Shown here: positions 1-11,380 of the stretch, one piece after another
How the letters are laid out: the number at the start of each line of letters is the position of its first letter
How positions within the stretch are numbered: the first letter of the stretch is position 1
Assembly: GCA_951406725.2 (NCBI GenBank)
Contig: OX597818.1
Span: forward strand, 73,532,001 to 73,596,000
Direction: 5' to 3'
Origin: Octopus vulgaris
Lineage: Eukaryota
DNA: 64,000 nt
The notes under the pieces: model-generated
What the model saw: the letters and a program-made list of their open reading frames with translations, nothing else
The model's database searches: none
What the model was told of the DNA's origin: nothing
Program-made: the position numbers and the translations under genes

Positions 1-164
1 GTCCGTTTCTGCATCATACAGCTGTCCGCATGTTTTCATTGTTGTCTTTTAAGTTCTTCTTCCGTGTTTTTGCGATATATATATGTGTGTGTGTGTGTGC
101 GTGTGTGTGATTGTGTATGTGTGTGTATGTGTGTGTGTGTTTGTGTGTGTATAGTTTACATAAG

Positions 165-771
165 AGATGGCCATAGTCGGACATCTAAACCGCTAGAAGG
201 AGTAGTTAAAATCCAAACCACAATTATGGTTAATTTCGGAAGGTAATGAAAAATAAAATCATTTACCATCTATATCCTGGACCATGGTTTCAAGCTATCT
301 TCAGCATATCAAGTAATCTGCTAGGCGAAGCTCTCATCAGCAGGAAAGCCAAAGATTAAAATATAAGTCCGAGGCAATACAGAATATGGTGGTAACAAAT
401 AACTAAATAATATTTTATTACCCTAAAATTTATTAATAATGATTCTTTTGGCTAATTTTGAAAGAAAATCGGCATTATGGCTATTTGCTGCCGATAAAAA
501 AAAAACTGCTTGTGCGGTGAATTTGATAAATTATAACATGTAATCACGAGGTATGTTCTAAATTGCCTCGGACTTATATGTTAACCTTCGGCTTTCCAGC
601 TGAGAGCTTCGCCTAGCAAATTACTTTATTTGTTGAAGATTGCTTGAAACCATGGTCCAGAAAATAGGTGGTAAATGTTTTTATTTTCATTCCCTTTCGA
701 AATTACCCTTAAATGTTGTTTGGATTTTAACTACTCTTTCTAGCGGTTTAGATGTCCAATTATGGCCATCT
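165..771. repeat. Long imperfect inverted repeat (arms ~165-387 and ~553-771, ~165 nt spacer)
   Basis: agatggccatagtcggacatctaaaccgctagaa... is the reverse complement of ...ttctagcggtttagatgtccaattatggccatct. Pairing continues with scattered mismatches to aagtccgaggcaat/attgcctcggactt. Confidence 0.9.
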
Positions 772-884
772 TTTAAGTGTTTAAATGTAAATCGTATATA
801 TAATGAATAATATACAATCTATTACCACGTTGGTAAAACATTTCTAGATAATATTTTACTACCCTGAAATTCATTAATAATATA

Positions 885-921
<37 letters not shown>

Positions 922-995
922 AGATAGGGGTTGAAAATTCAACCCACCATGGGATAACATATATCCAATATACTGCTAGATAGGTACCCAGTAGG

Positions 996-1316
996 GTGTA
1001 CATCGGGGCAACTATGAATAGCATAAAACAGAGATTGAATTATCACAGATATACTTTTAGAAATAAAAATAGAATGTACTCTACAGGGTTAAGTGCATAC
1101 ATCTGGGAACTTAAAAGTAAGAACTTAGATTTTAGATTAAACTGGAAAATATTAACTTCAGCACCTGTGTATAATGGAAAAAGTAAAAAATGCACTCTAT
1201 GTATTAATGAAATTTTTTTCATTATTAAATCGGGTAGGCAAATTATTAACAACATAAATGAAAAAAAATTTTTTTGCATTCATAGACTACCGTTCACCTT
1301 TTCTAGATTCAAATAG
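996..1316 (+). pseudogene. C-terminal GIY-YIG endonuclease fragment of a Penelope-like element
   Basis: VYIGATMNSIKQRLNYH..TF..STGLSAYIWELK..LNWKIL..Y..KKCTLCINEIFFI..IN..FCIH shows the YIG, R..H, CxxC, E, N and CxH motifs of PLE endonucleases. No RT upstream; a (TA)n tract lies at ~889-915. Confidence 0.85.
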
Positions 1317-2954
1317 AACTTAGCACTTCTACTATTAATAATTTTTTAACTCCCTTCTGTAACTAACTATACTAGTGGTCTTCTATAATTCTAAAGTATG
1401 CAACTTATAAATTTATAATTTTATATAATTTTATAGCTACACATGTATAATAATAGATGTGTCTAGTATTAATTGTTTCTTGTTTTTTATATGTGGGTTT
1501 TTGTCTTGTTTTTTAAGGGAAATGCAATATGACATGAAATAACATATTCATTTTGGTATTTACCTTGTAATATGTGATTCTTGAAGTTTTCTAATATTGC
1601 ATAGTGTATACGTATATCTTGGTTAGATACCTAACTCTAGATAATGTAATGCTTTTGTGTAATATGTAATATATGAGAGCCTTTTGGGAGTTTGGTTTGT
1701 TTAGGTTGAGAATCTAGGTTTTTTGTATGTGTTTATTTGGCAGGTTTATATTGTATATTTGGTCTTTCTTTGTACTCACCTTAATTTGTATCTTATGTTA
1801 TTTACTAATAAACCTTTTCATTTACAAACATTTGGCTTTATAAATATTACCAGCCTTATATATTTAGTTTATATCTATAGTCTTCTTGATCTGTAATTTA
1901 AATTATCCTTCCATACATGTTTACTTTCATCAATATAATATATATATTCACTTTATTTTTTTATTTTATTACAATGGTATCTATCTTTGCATTTAGTCTT
2001 CTAATTATTTATTTAATTGCTTATTTAAGCGTAGATTTATACATACATATCAAGTCATCTAACTACTTATCTATTTATTTATTTATTTATTTATTTACTT
2101 ATACAAGTGTAGTTTTATACGTACATATATCTATCATTTATTTTTATTTTAATAATATATGAATACATATATACTAGTTTGTACTTATAATATGTGTGTA
2201 TCCGTAATTATTTCTTCTTATTTATTTTATCACATTTTAACTTAAGTATTTACAATATATTAATTAATTTTTTTAATTTCTGTGATGTTCTTATATACGA
2301 TTGCATTAGTGCATCCCCATGTTGATATTATTTAATGCCTAATCTTGTATATTATGGCATAGAATTTATTAAGTAAAAAAGAGATATATTTATAATATAT
2401 AAATTAATATATATTTTATAACTTAGCGTACTTGTAATCATAACAAATTTACGGTAAATCTAATAACCGGTATGTTTACTATACAATAAACCGGTGTTAT
2501 AAATTGAAGTTACCCAGTGAAATAGCATCCGACATCGTGATATATTGATATTTTTAAAAAAATATATATATCTTTGAAATAAATATTTTATGGAAATATA
2601 TGAGTGGATCTTTTTTGTTATTTGAGGCATAGTTATAATTTTGAAAGACTAGATGGCAGCATAGTTGCTCCCCTATTTGTTTATCTATGTGCTAGTTGTT
2701 GCTTGTGGTTATGTATGTGTATAAGTGTATGTGTGTGTGTATACATATAATTAGGTATGTATGTGCGATTGATCTGTGGATGCGCGTGTGAATATTTGCG
2801 TTCCTTGACTAACTAACCGTAAAATTTCTTTTGTGATTTAAACTACTAGCCAATCGAATTAATCTAAAATAATCATTACCTAGTGGTCAGAATTTCTTAA
2901 CTCATAGTTATTTCGATCTTTAAAGGATGGACTTGGTGCAAACATAACTGTATC

Positions 2955-3003
<49 letters not shown>

Positions 3004-3324
3004 ATTAATAGTAATTTTTATTGACTTTTATAGCTTTATAATTTTATGAACTGAACCATGGTTTTAATTATTATTTTTCATCTCCCTATGTGTTAGTTTT
3101 TTAAAACTATTAGCCAAATATGTATAACAACTGTGCTTATTAATATTAATATATACACTGATATATATTTTTTTTTATTTTGTTTTGTTTACCTTGCATT
3201 ATTGTACAAATGAGTATTATATTATATATGTGTAGCATTATGAAGTTTATGCATAAGTTTTTATATTTTACATTTTTATATTTTTATATTTATATGTATA
3301 TGGAAAAATTATAACAAATTAAAT

Positions 3325-3434
3325 TCTCTGAAGAGGCCGTGGGGCATCCTTGTTAATGCCTCATTTATACCTGCCTTTATGGCTTATACGTTAAATGAGG
3401 TATGACTGCCCTTGCTGCCGAAACAGCTGTCAGA
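3325..3434 (+). ncRNA. Minimal type-I hammerhead ribozyme with extended stem II
   Basis: tct-CTGAAGA-ggc...gcc-GAAA-c-agct-g-TC-aga. Stem II contains atgcctcattta/taaatgaggtat, and stem III is the palindrome ACAGCTGT. Confidence 0.8.
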
Positions 3435-3619
3435 TATGTTTTAATTACATATTATATTTTATATTTTATACTTATATTTCCTTGTCTATTTACGTTTACT
3501 GTATATTTTGTATAATGCCTTTACTGATATGTAATGGTGTAATAAAGTATTGATTGGGTATCATCTGATAGTTGATGTTTTATTGATTTAAGTATGTTTC
3601 TCCATTTTCTAATTTTGTA

Positions 3620-3659
<40 letters not shown>

Positions 3660-3666
3660 GTATGTA

Positions 3667-3739
<73 letters not shown>

Positions 3740-3755
3740 ATATATATATATAGCA

Positions 3756-3810
<55 letters not shown>

Positions 3811-4610
3811 TGCATATAGCGTGCGTATATCGACATGCTCTTCTTTTTTCTTTCTCTCGGATTCCTCAAACTACACTATCACATTAACTAGAACAATAAA
3901 CACATAAGTCTATTTATAGGAACTGGACCATTCTTAGAATTCATCCCTTCAGTTTGAGGTTAATGCTCACTTTAGAAACCCCGCTCTTATACATTTTCCT
4001 GTACCATTTCTTAATGCCATTCTAACATATCACCCCATCTCCCACTTATTCATTACTTCCATTCTCTTCGTTCCACTCCCTAACTCCTCTCCCCCCTCAC
4101 AATATATTGAGCACCAACTGACACACCTCTTTTCACTTTCTTTCACATGTGTTTCTCATTTTCCCTTCTTGATTTCATTTTTGAGTCCTCTTTCTTTCTA
4201 TTTTCGTTTCTGATCTTTACTTTATGCCTTTCTCCTCATTTTAACATACACATTTATTATCCCCTGTCTATCCACTTAATACTACCACTATATTCTCAAA
4301 TTTTCATTCACAGCACAAGACCCCTTTGAATGAACAGCCCATGGAATACACGCCACCACACTTTTCATTTCTAAAGACAAAATATGAATCCCTACTGGAA
4401 TTTACTTACCGCGGACAAGAAGCATTTCTACCAATTCTACACACCACTTTCCTTGGATAATGGAACTGCATCTATAGCATCTTTATTCTTATTTCTATTT
4501 TTATGTCTATATTCATTATACTATTTCCCTATATACTCCGTATTTTCTTCTTTTACTGAAATAACTTATTTTGAACTCTAATATTTTCCCATATATAACC
4601 ATCTAACATC

Positions 4611-4658
4611 GTCTCTGATGAACGGATATCCCTATTATCCCAGAAACAACTGTAAGAC
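4611..4658 (+). ncRNA. Minimal hammerhead ribozyme (partly degenerate)
   Basis: gtct-CTGATGA-acggata...tatccca-GAAA-c-aact-g-TA-agac. Stem I gtct/agac and stem II ggata/tatcc are present. Confidence 0.7.
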
Positions 4659-4753
4659 TAACTTTCTCTTTATGAAGGTCCTGAAAATTCCGCGGTGCCT
4701 TGGCTTTGTTGTCTCATTTTATTTAACACACACACGCATACACACGCACACAT

Positions 4754-4826
<73 letters not shown>

Positions 4827-4829
<3 letters not shown>

Positions 4830-5017
4830 TAATCCATTGACTATCGCGGTTGTTACGGCCTAAACTCCATGCGATAGACGAAATTCGCGAAGTAGAAACA
4901 ATACTTTACTCTAGTTTTTTCACTATTTCTATAGTCTGTATATATGTATCTTATTATAAATGCAAAACAACACCACAGAAGAATCAACGGAAGCCTAAAT
5001 GATAAACCGCGCTAGCG
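4827..5017. mobile_element. Tigger/pogo-type MITE remnant
   Basis: Starts TA|cagtaatccattgactatcgcggttgttacg immediately after (TA)n, a CAGT-type TIR. The right end (aaaccgcgctagcg) is eroded. Confidence 0.45.
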
Positions 5018-5124
5018 TTAAGATCCCTCTAAGATATCAACCCAGTAGTTACATTAACAAGTAATATTCGTAGTCACTTCAACATGGCTGTCATTTCGAA
5101 CTGATAGGCGATGTTCTCTTTGAG

Positions 5125-5205
<81 letters not shown>

Positions 5206-5206
<1 letters not shown>

Positions 5207-6037
5207 GTGGTCTGATTAATAAGTATCCGGACTATTGCCATAGTAACTAAGCTAAACCATGCAGGATAAGTTGTTTGGCACAGATTGACCGGAAACGTTG
5301 TTGTGCATGTACATTAAGTTTTAACGTTCTGGTTTACTTTCACCATTTAAAACAGTTCTTGGAATGAATATATGTAGCGGTTGATCGTTGCATTGAACAG
5401 AGAATCTGCTTCAATTTTTTTCAAAAGTTGGCGATACCTACTCAGGGATCAACGTAAAGATTTATAAAAGCTTTCATCGTTCTCGACACAATCAAGATCT
5501 TGTGCAACGTAGACGCGAGTGTATCCTTGGTCAGCCGAAAGCAGTATTAGTACAAACTTAGCAGACGTCTCATAACTAAATCTTCAATGATAGTGGATTG
5601 AACTGAAACGTAACTAATCTGCACATTCTCTGATAACTCACAGGTGGTGATTCGACGGTGATTTTCTCAGTTTCGCTTGTTGCGCTTCTGACAGAACTTT
5701 CGTCAATAACGACATTTTTTCGGGCATCTTGGAAACGTCTGAACCACTCCTACACTTGTGTGCCGCTGATACACTCCTCTCTATATATTTTCTGCAACTT
5801 TGGGTAGGCCTCTGAGCAGGTACGGCCATGACAATTTTCTCTGTCATGGGCAATACGACGATCACACGCCTCACACCTTCCTTTCAAACACTGCTGTAGA
5901 CAGAAGTGCCCTACAATTTTGAACCTTAGTGCGCATTCACAGCAGAGTTCCAGGTCAATCTTTGTCTAGCGGCTTTACTTTGCGTGCGTTAACTTCTTTA
6001 CTGTGGCAACAGTCCGATACTTACTGATCATACCTCG
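5206..6037. mobile_element. Mariner-derived non-autonomous element built from two inverted 5' ends
   Basis: TIRs cgtggtctgattaataagtatccggactattgccatagtaa / ttactgtggcaacagtccgatacttactgatcatacctcg. The minus strand encodes an HTH remnant (EAYPKLQKIYREEC..EWFRRFQD..SAKFV); the plus strand has a matching QRIC remnant near 5400. Confidence 0.8.
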
Positions 6038-6901
6038 AATATATATTTATATGTATATAAAACAATGGATATCTGTGTGTGAGGAGAGGCTTTGTGTGTG
6101 TAGTAGTACGTATGCATTTCTACAGTTTGCAACCGATTTTCGCCAAAATTTAAACACACACACACATATACACACACACATACACATACACATACACATA
6201 TATATTCATATAATAATAGCCAAACCACTGTATACCTACGTTATAATGATCGTCCACGTACGTAGGAAATAATTGCTGTACGCATCGTCAGATGAATTAC
6301 AATCTCTGAATTATTTGGTGAAATATTCTCACTTATGCTAGTCGGCTAGTTTCACGTCTTATTGATGTAATGAAGAATGTCTTTTGGTTCGCTACATTGC
6401 TAGCAATCAACTTAATAATTTTTCAATAAAGTTAATTATTCAGCAGTGTCTCATCCTTATTAAATTCAAATCTTTGAGGAATTTGATATTTTCCATACAT
6501 TGGCTGCTTGCTAATCATTTATGAAATTTGAAGGTGAAAACTGTCTCAGAATCAACACTACGACCCCTTATTTTTCATTTTATTCCTATACCGACAATCT
6601 ATCCCTGCATGTACCTTCTTTTCCAAAGAAGACAAATTATATGAAATAAATGTCAATTTAACGGCAGAATTGACTCTGTGCGTCAAGATGGTCTGTTTAA
6701 GTCCCCTACTAATGTGTATATCTCTTTAAAAAAAAAACATACACGCACACATTTACATATATGTATCTATATCTATCTATCTATAGCTATGTATACATAT
6801 GTGTATATATAGAAATGGGGAGAAAAATAGTTAGAGTTACATAGACACACACATACACGTACTCATGTATACTATCATGTGTACATATGTGTCTGCATAT
6901 G

Positions 6902-6942
<41 letters not shown>

Positions 6943-7744
6943 ATGTGTGTGTGTGTGTGTGTGTGTGTATGCATGTATGTATGAATGTATGCATGTATGT
7001 ATGTATTCTTTTATTCGTTTACATGCTTCAGCCATTTGATTGCGTCCATGCAGTATCACCGCCTTTAGTTAAAGAAATTGAAACAACTTATTCGATGTAA
7101 GCCTAGTATTTATTACGTCAGTCTCTTTTTCTGGACTGCTAAGTTACTGGAACATAAACACACCAACATCGGTTATCAATCGACAAATACAAACACACAA
7201 ACATATACATATATATACAAATACACACACACGCACACAGACATGCATACATACATACATGTATATATATGTATATATATATATAATTACATTATATAAA
7301 AGGGCTTAGTAAAATAAATTACTTTGCCGCATACTGAACTCATTAGAAATAGCAGCTAAAAAACTTTTTTTAAACTATTTCTAATACTTAAAGAAAACCT
7401 CTCTCATATAGTGTTTGCTCAACTCAACTCACGAAAGTTTGGGGGTAAAGACATCAAAAAATCAAATGCAAAGGTTATTTGAGAACGTACGTTTCAAGAT
7501 TAGTCAACACGACACTTCTATCATCAGCTCAGAAACTCCTTGGTTTGGATTTGAAAGTGAGAGCATACCCTTTCGGCTTCTCATCGCTTTCGAAGATCTG
7601 CTCGTAACTAACAGTGCCAACAAACTCAAATATGCAAGCGAAGAATTTCTGTTCTCCCCTTTCCACCAGCGTGGGTTAAAATCAGCAAACACTATGCTTA
7701 TTTCGGTAAAATCCGAAGCATTAATTAGAGGGAGATTAATTATA

Positions 7745-7787
7745 ATTTCAACAATTGAGGGTAAATTAATTTTACCCTCAATTGTTG

Positions 7788-7791
<4 letters not shown>
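7745..7791. repeat. Perfect 21-bp inverted repeat with 5-nt loop abutting (TA)n
   Basis: atttcaacaattgagggtaaa-ttaat-tttaccctcaattgttgaaat. Confidence 0.95.
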
Positions 7792-7824
<33 letters not shown>

Positions 7825-7869
7825 CATACATATACATATATATATACATACTTACATACATATACATAC

Positions 7870-7930
<61 letters not shown>

Positions 7931-8462
7931 TATTCATGTGTCATAAATACTATATCGACTTACGAATGGTATGTGCAAAGATGACATCAGTATCATAGAA
8001 ACTCAGAATGAAAGCAAACATTACAAGCCATATTTTGCGGTCTACAACATACTCTACCATACCAGAGTATTGTTATTTAGTGAAATCATCCATTGTGGCT
8101 ATACATACATTTTAATTGGCTCTATATACGCACATTACTTGGGAATATGCATGCAAGAATTGCGAATATGTGTGTGTGTATATGTGTGTGCGCGTGTGTG
8201 TGTGTGTACATTAAGTGAGACTGCATACACATATTGTTTACCGCTATATATATATGCAGCAATTGCGACTGTTTATAAACACATAAGTTGCGACAATATA
8301 TGAACATCAATTGTATTTATATATACTATTTAATTTATAGATATATAAATGCATTAATTGGAACGATACAGTGCACTGTAATTGTTACATTATAAGCACA
8401 TTGTTTGGTGAGTTATATAGATAACATTTACAGCAAAATACACAAATTAATTGCCCATAAAT

Positions 8463-8831
8463 TGCAGCTATGTCCAAAGCGTATACAGAAGGATGAATAG
8501 AAAAACGAAAGAAATACGCTCTCAACAGATGATGTCAGCAAATGTGTTCTTGATACAATCAATAGAAGGGCCACGGGATTGACTCAATGAGGAGACATCG
8601 TGGTTATTTGAAATCACAACAGCGTATACAGAAGGATGAATAGAAAAACGAAAGAAAGACGCTCTCAACAGATGATGTCAGCAAATGTGTTCTTGATACA
8701 ATCAATAGAAGGGCCACGGGATTGACTCAATGAGGAGACATCGTGGTTATTTGAAATCACAACAAAAATTTCGTAAGACAATTTATTCAACAATCTAAGC
8801 AATGTGTTATAGGTAAGTAGGAATGCATGTG

Positions 8832-8899
<68 letters not shown>

Positions 8900-9123
8900 C
8901 ACATGCATTCCTACTTACCTATACACATTGCTTGGATTGTCTTACGAAATTTTTGAAACTTCTTAAGTTGTGATTTCAAATAACCACGTTTCTCCTCATT
9001 GAGTCAATTCCGTGGCCCTTCAATTGATTGTATCAAAAACACATTTGCTGACATCATCTGTTGAGAGCGTATTTCTTTCGTTTTTCTATTGAACCTTCTG
9101 TATACGCTTTGGACATAGCTGCA
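8463..9123. repeat. Palindrome centred on a (TA)n tract, with a ~150-bp tandem duplication in the left arm
   Basis: ataggtaagtaggaatgcatgtgcatacatg-(TA)n-catgtatgcacatgcattcctacttacctat, with pairing extending to gcagctatgtccaaagcg/cgctttggacatagctgc. The block agcgtatacagaagg...aaatcacaac occurs twice (~8478-8620, ~8621-8763). Confidence 0.92.
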
Positions 9124-9158
9124 TAGATGTGGCAACATTTGAAATTTTGTCTAGGTTT

Positions 9159-9229
9159 ATGCAGCTGATGAGGACAAATCAAATCTACGTTGTCAAACGT
9201 ATTTGAAGAGTCTGAAACCGGTCCTGCAT
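9159..9229 (+). ncRNA. Minimal type-I hammerhead ribozyme, intact core
   Basis: atgcag-CTGATGA-ggac...gtct-GAAA-ccgg-TC-ctgcat: 6-bp stem I, stem II ggac/gtct, palindromic ACCGGT stem III. Confidence 0.85.
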
Positions 9230-9538
9230 TATCCGTTTCTAGGTTTTTCATTTTTCAGATGTTCTTCCTAGAAGTAAGACAAATTTTTTTCATGTTTGTT
9301 GCACACACACGTCTTTGCTAGTATATACGCAGTGAAGCTATACAATAGCGTCGTATTTATTACGATCGCTATTTTCCAATAAATATCGGTACTTCGTTGT
9401 ACCATTCATTTACTTTTATATGTATATATATATATACAATGTGTATACGTAAGTAGGAATGCATGTGCATACATGTATATATATATATATGTTGATCCTG
9501 TATATATTATTCTCTCTCTGTTTATTTCCTCGTGTTCC

Positions 9539-9572
9539 TTTCTGTCGAAGAGCGTAGGCTCGAAACGTAAGA
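9539..9572 (+). ncRNA. Hammerhead-like motif with variant core (CUGUCGA)
   Basis: ttt-CTGTCGA-a-gagc-gtag-gctc-GAAA-cg-TA-aga, inside a ~150-bp unit between (TA)n tracts. Confidence 0.55.
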
Positions 9573-9659
9573 CGTCTTCTCACTCTCCCGTGCGTTAAAC
9601 TGATACACCTGTTTGCTGTTTCTACATCTATCGTCGTCTTTTGTGTTTCTGTGAATTTC

Positions 9660-9661
<2 letters not shown>

Positions 9662-9737
<76 letters not shown>

Positions 9738-11380
9738 TTTATTTTAAGCAGCAGAAAATTCAACAAAATCTGTTTTGCTAGGCTGGTTTTCTTCCTATTC
9801 TCTGGGTATTTAAAAGAATTCTTATGAGAATAAAATCTTGTTTTAAGTGAATTTTCTGAAGCCCCTGTGTATGTCTTGTATTCCGATGAGCCTTCCACTT
9901 GCACCTTGGCTCTATAAACTACTCCTTTCACTAGACATTTCCCTTCTAACGGACAGGAGCTTTCGTTTTTGCAATTACATTTCTTAATGGGCTCGGCACC
10001 ATGTCTAATCTCAATTAGCTTCCTATTATGTTGGCTAATGTAAGAGGCGAAATTTCTGCAACAAGAATAGCTAACCTTCAGGGTTCTTCTATTAAATATT
10101 CTGTAGAATTTATGACCCTGCTTAAAATGCTTAGAGACTAATCTCAAAAATTCCTTACCTATATTAGTCTTTACGGCCAAATTGAAAGCCGGGTTGAACC
10201 ACAAAACTTTCCTGGTCCTAGTTCTTCGTGCAGCATTATTATTAGCATTAAGCTGGTTGAACTGGATCTTCTCCGAGAATCCACTATTCTTTAATGCGCT
10301 ATCGTAATAAGGTGCAGCATTATGGAATGCTGCCTCGTCCGAAGAAATTGAAGATATTCTTCTACCTACATTGCTAACTAAGTTGCTAAGGATAACTGGT
10401 GGATGGTTCGAATCTTTGCTAATATACGATAGCTTTTCATTGGGCTTACGGAAAGGTTTAAATCTATCCGATCTTACATTAAAATTTACGTCTAAAAAAT
10501 CTACACTATTCAGGTTAGCATCTATCGTAATCCGTAAGCCCATCCTTTGAAAGAAAGCTATAAGGTCCTTCCTAAGTCTATCTGATTCATGGCCGTTTAG
10601 ATTATGCGTGGCTATAAGGCCGTCATCCCTATATAAACCTGCATCTATAAATGGGAATTCTATTTTTAGATTATGGAGAATAAAGGCTCCTATGAGCATA
10701 CATAATTCAGCCCCGTCGTATGCCCCCATCGGTACATCGAAAAGAGAATCCTCAGTCTTCTTAATCCAGGTGGAATCCTCGAAAAACAGAAGCGATTTCC
10801 TCGCATGCATAATAATTTCAATTTCCGAGCTATCGATGTTGACATACTGCTTGGCGAAGTCCAATGCCCTTAGGAGCAACGTCCTAGATATCGACGGGTA
10901 AAAGTCAATAATGTCGAATAGTGTGAAACTACAATTATTCTTATAGCTAATACCTTTAAACCACTCTATAACTGACTTACTATTCTTCCAAATTCTCAAG
11001 TCTACTTCACTATCTAACTTAACTAAAATACGGTCCAAAATATTTTTGCTAATAATTCCTATCTCAGTTTTAGCCGGATTTATCAATCTACATTTGGGGT
11101 TTCTACTAAAATTGTCTTTATGGTATTTCAGAGTAATAAAAGCTGGTCGTGGTGAAAGGTATTCAATCCTATCGCTAATCTCAAGATCGTTAGCTATTCC
11201 TCTTGCTTCTAAGTTCACCTCTTTGTATATATTCGTGTTGTCTTTTTTGTATGTGTCCGTGACACTATTCGAAATCAGGCGTTTATAAACGTCCTTATCA
11301 AGTGCATATAAGTTCCTTGTCTTGTCAGAATTAACGAAGATCTTATTCGAGTCGTTAATCTCCTTAATTTTTTCTCTCAT
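9662..11380 (-). CDS. Penelope-like element reverse transcriptase plus partial GIY-YIG endonuclease
   Basis: RT motifs: SDKTRNLY, CRLINPAK, FDIIDFYPSI, VPMGAYDGAELC, LYRDDGL, VDFLDV, SNHPP, WFNP. Linker CNCx5CPLEGKC, then GVVY..TYTG..R..H. Homology ends near 9773 (SLAK); the rest reads through into a tail and (TA)n. Confidence 0.93.

Larger units (their letters stand above)
165..3620 (+). mobile_element. RT-less PLE derivative: hairpin, endonuclease fragment, long T-rich 3' region, hammerhead
   Basis: Bounded by (TG)n and (TA)n tracts. Contains the endonuclease fragment (996-1316) and a same-strand hammerhead (3325-3434). That these form one element is inferred. Confidence 0.5.
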
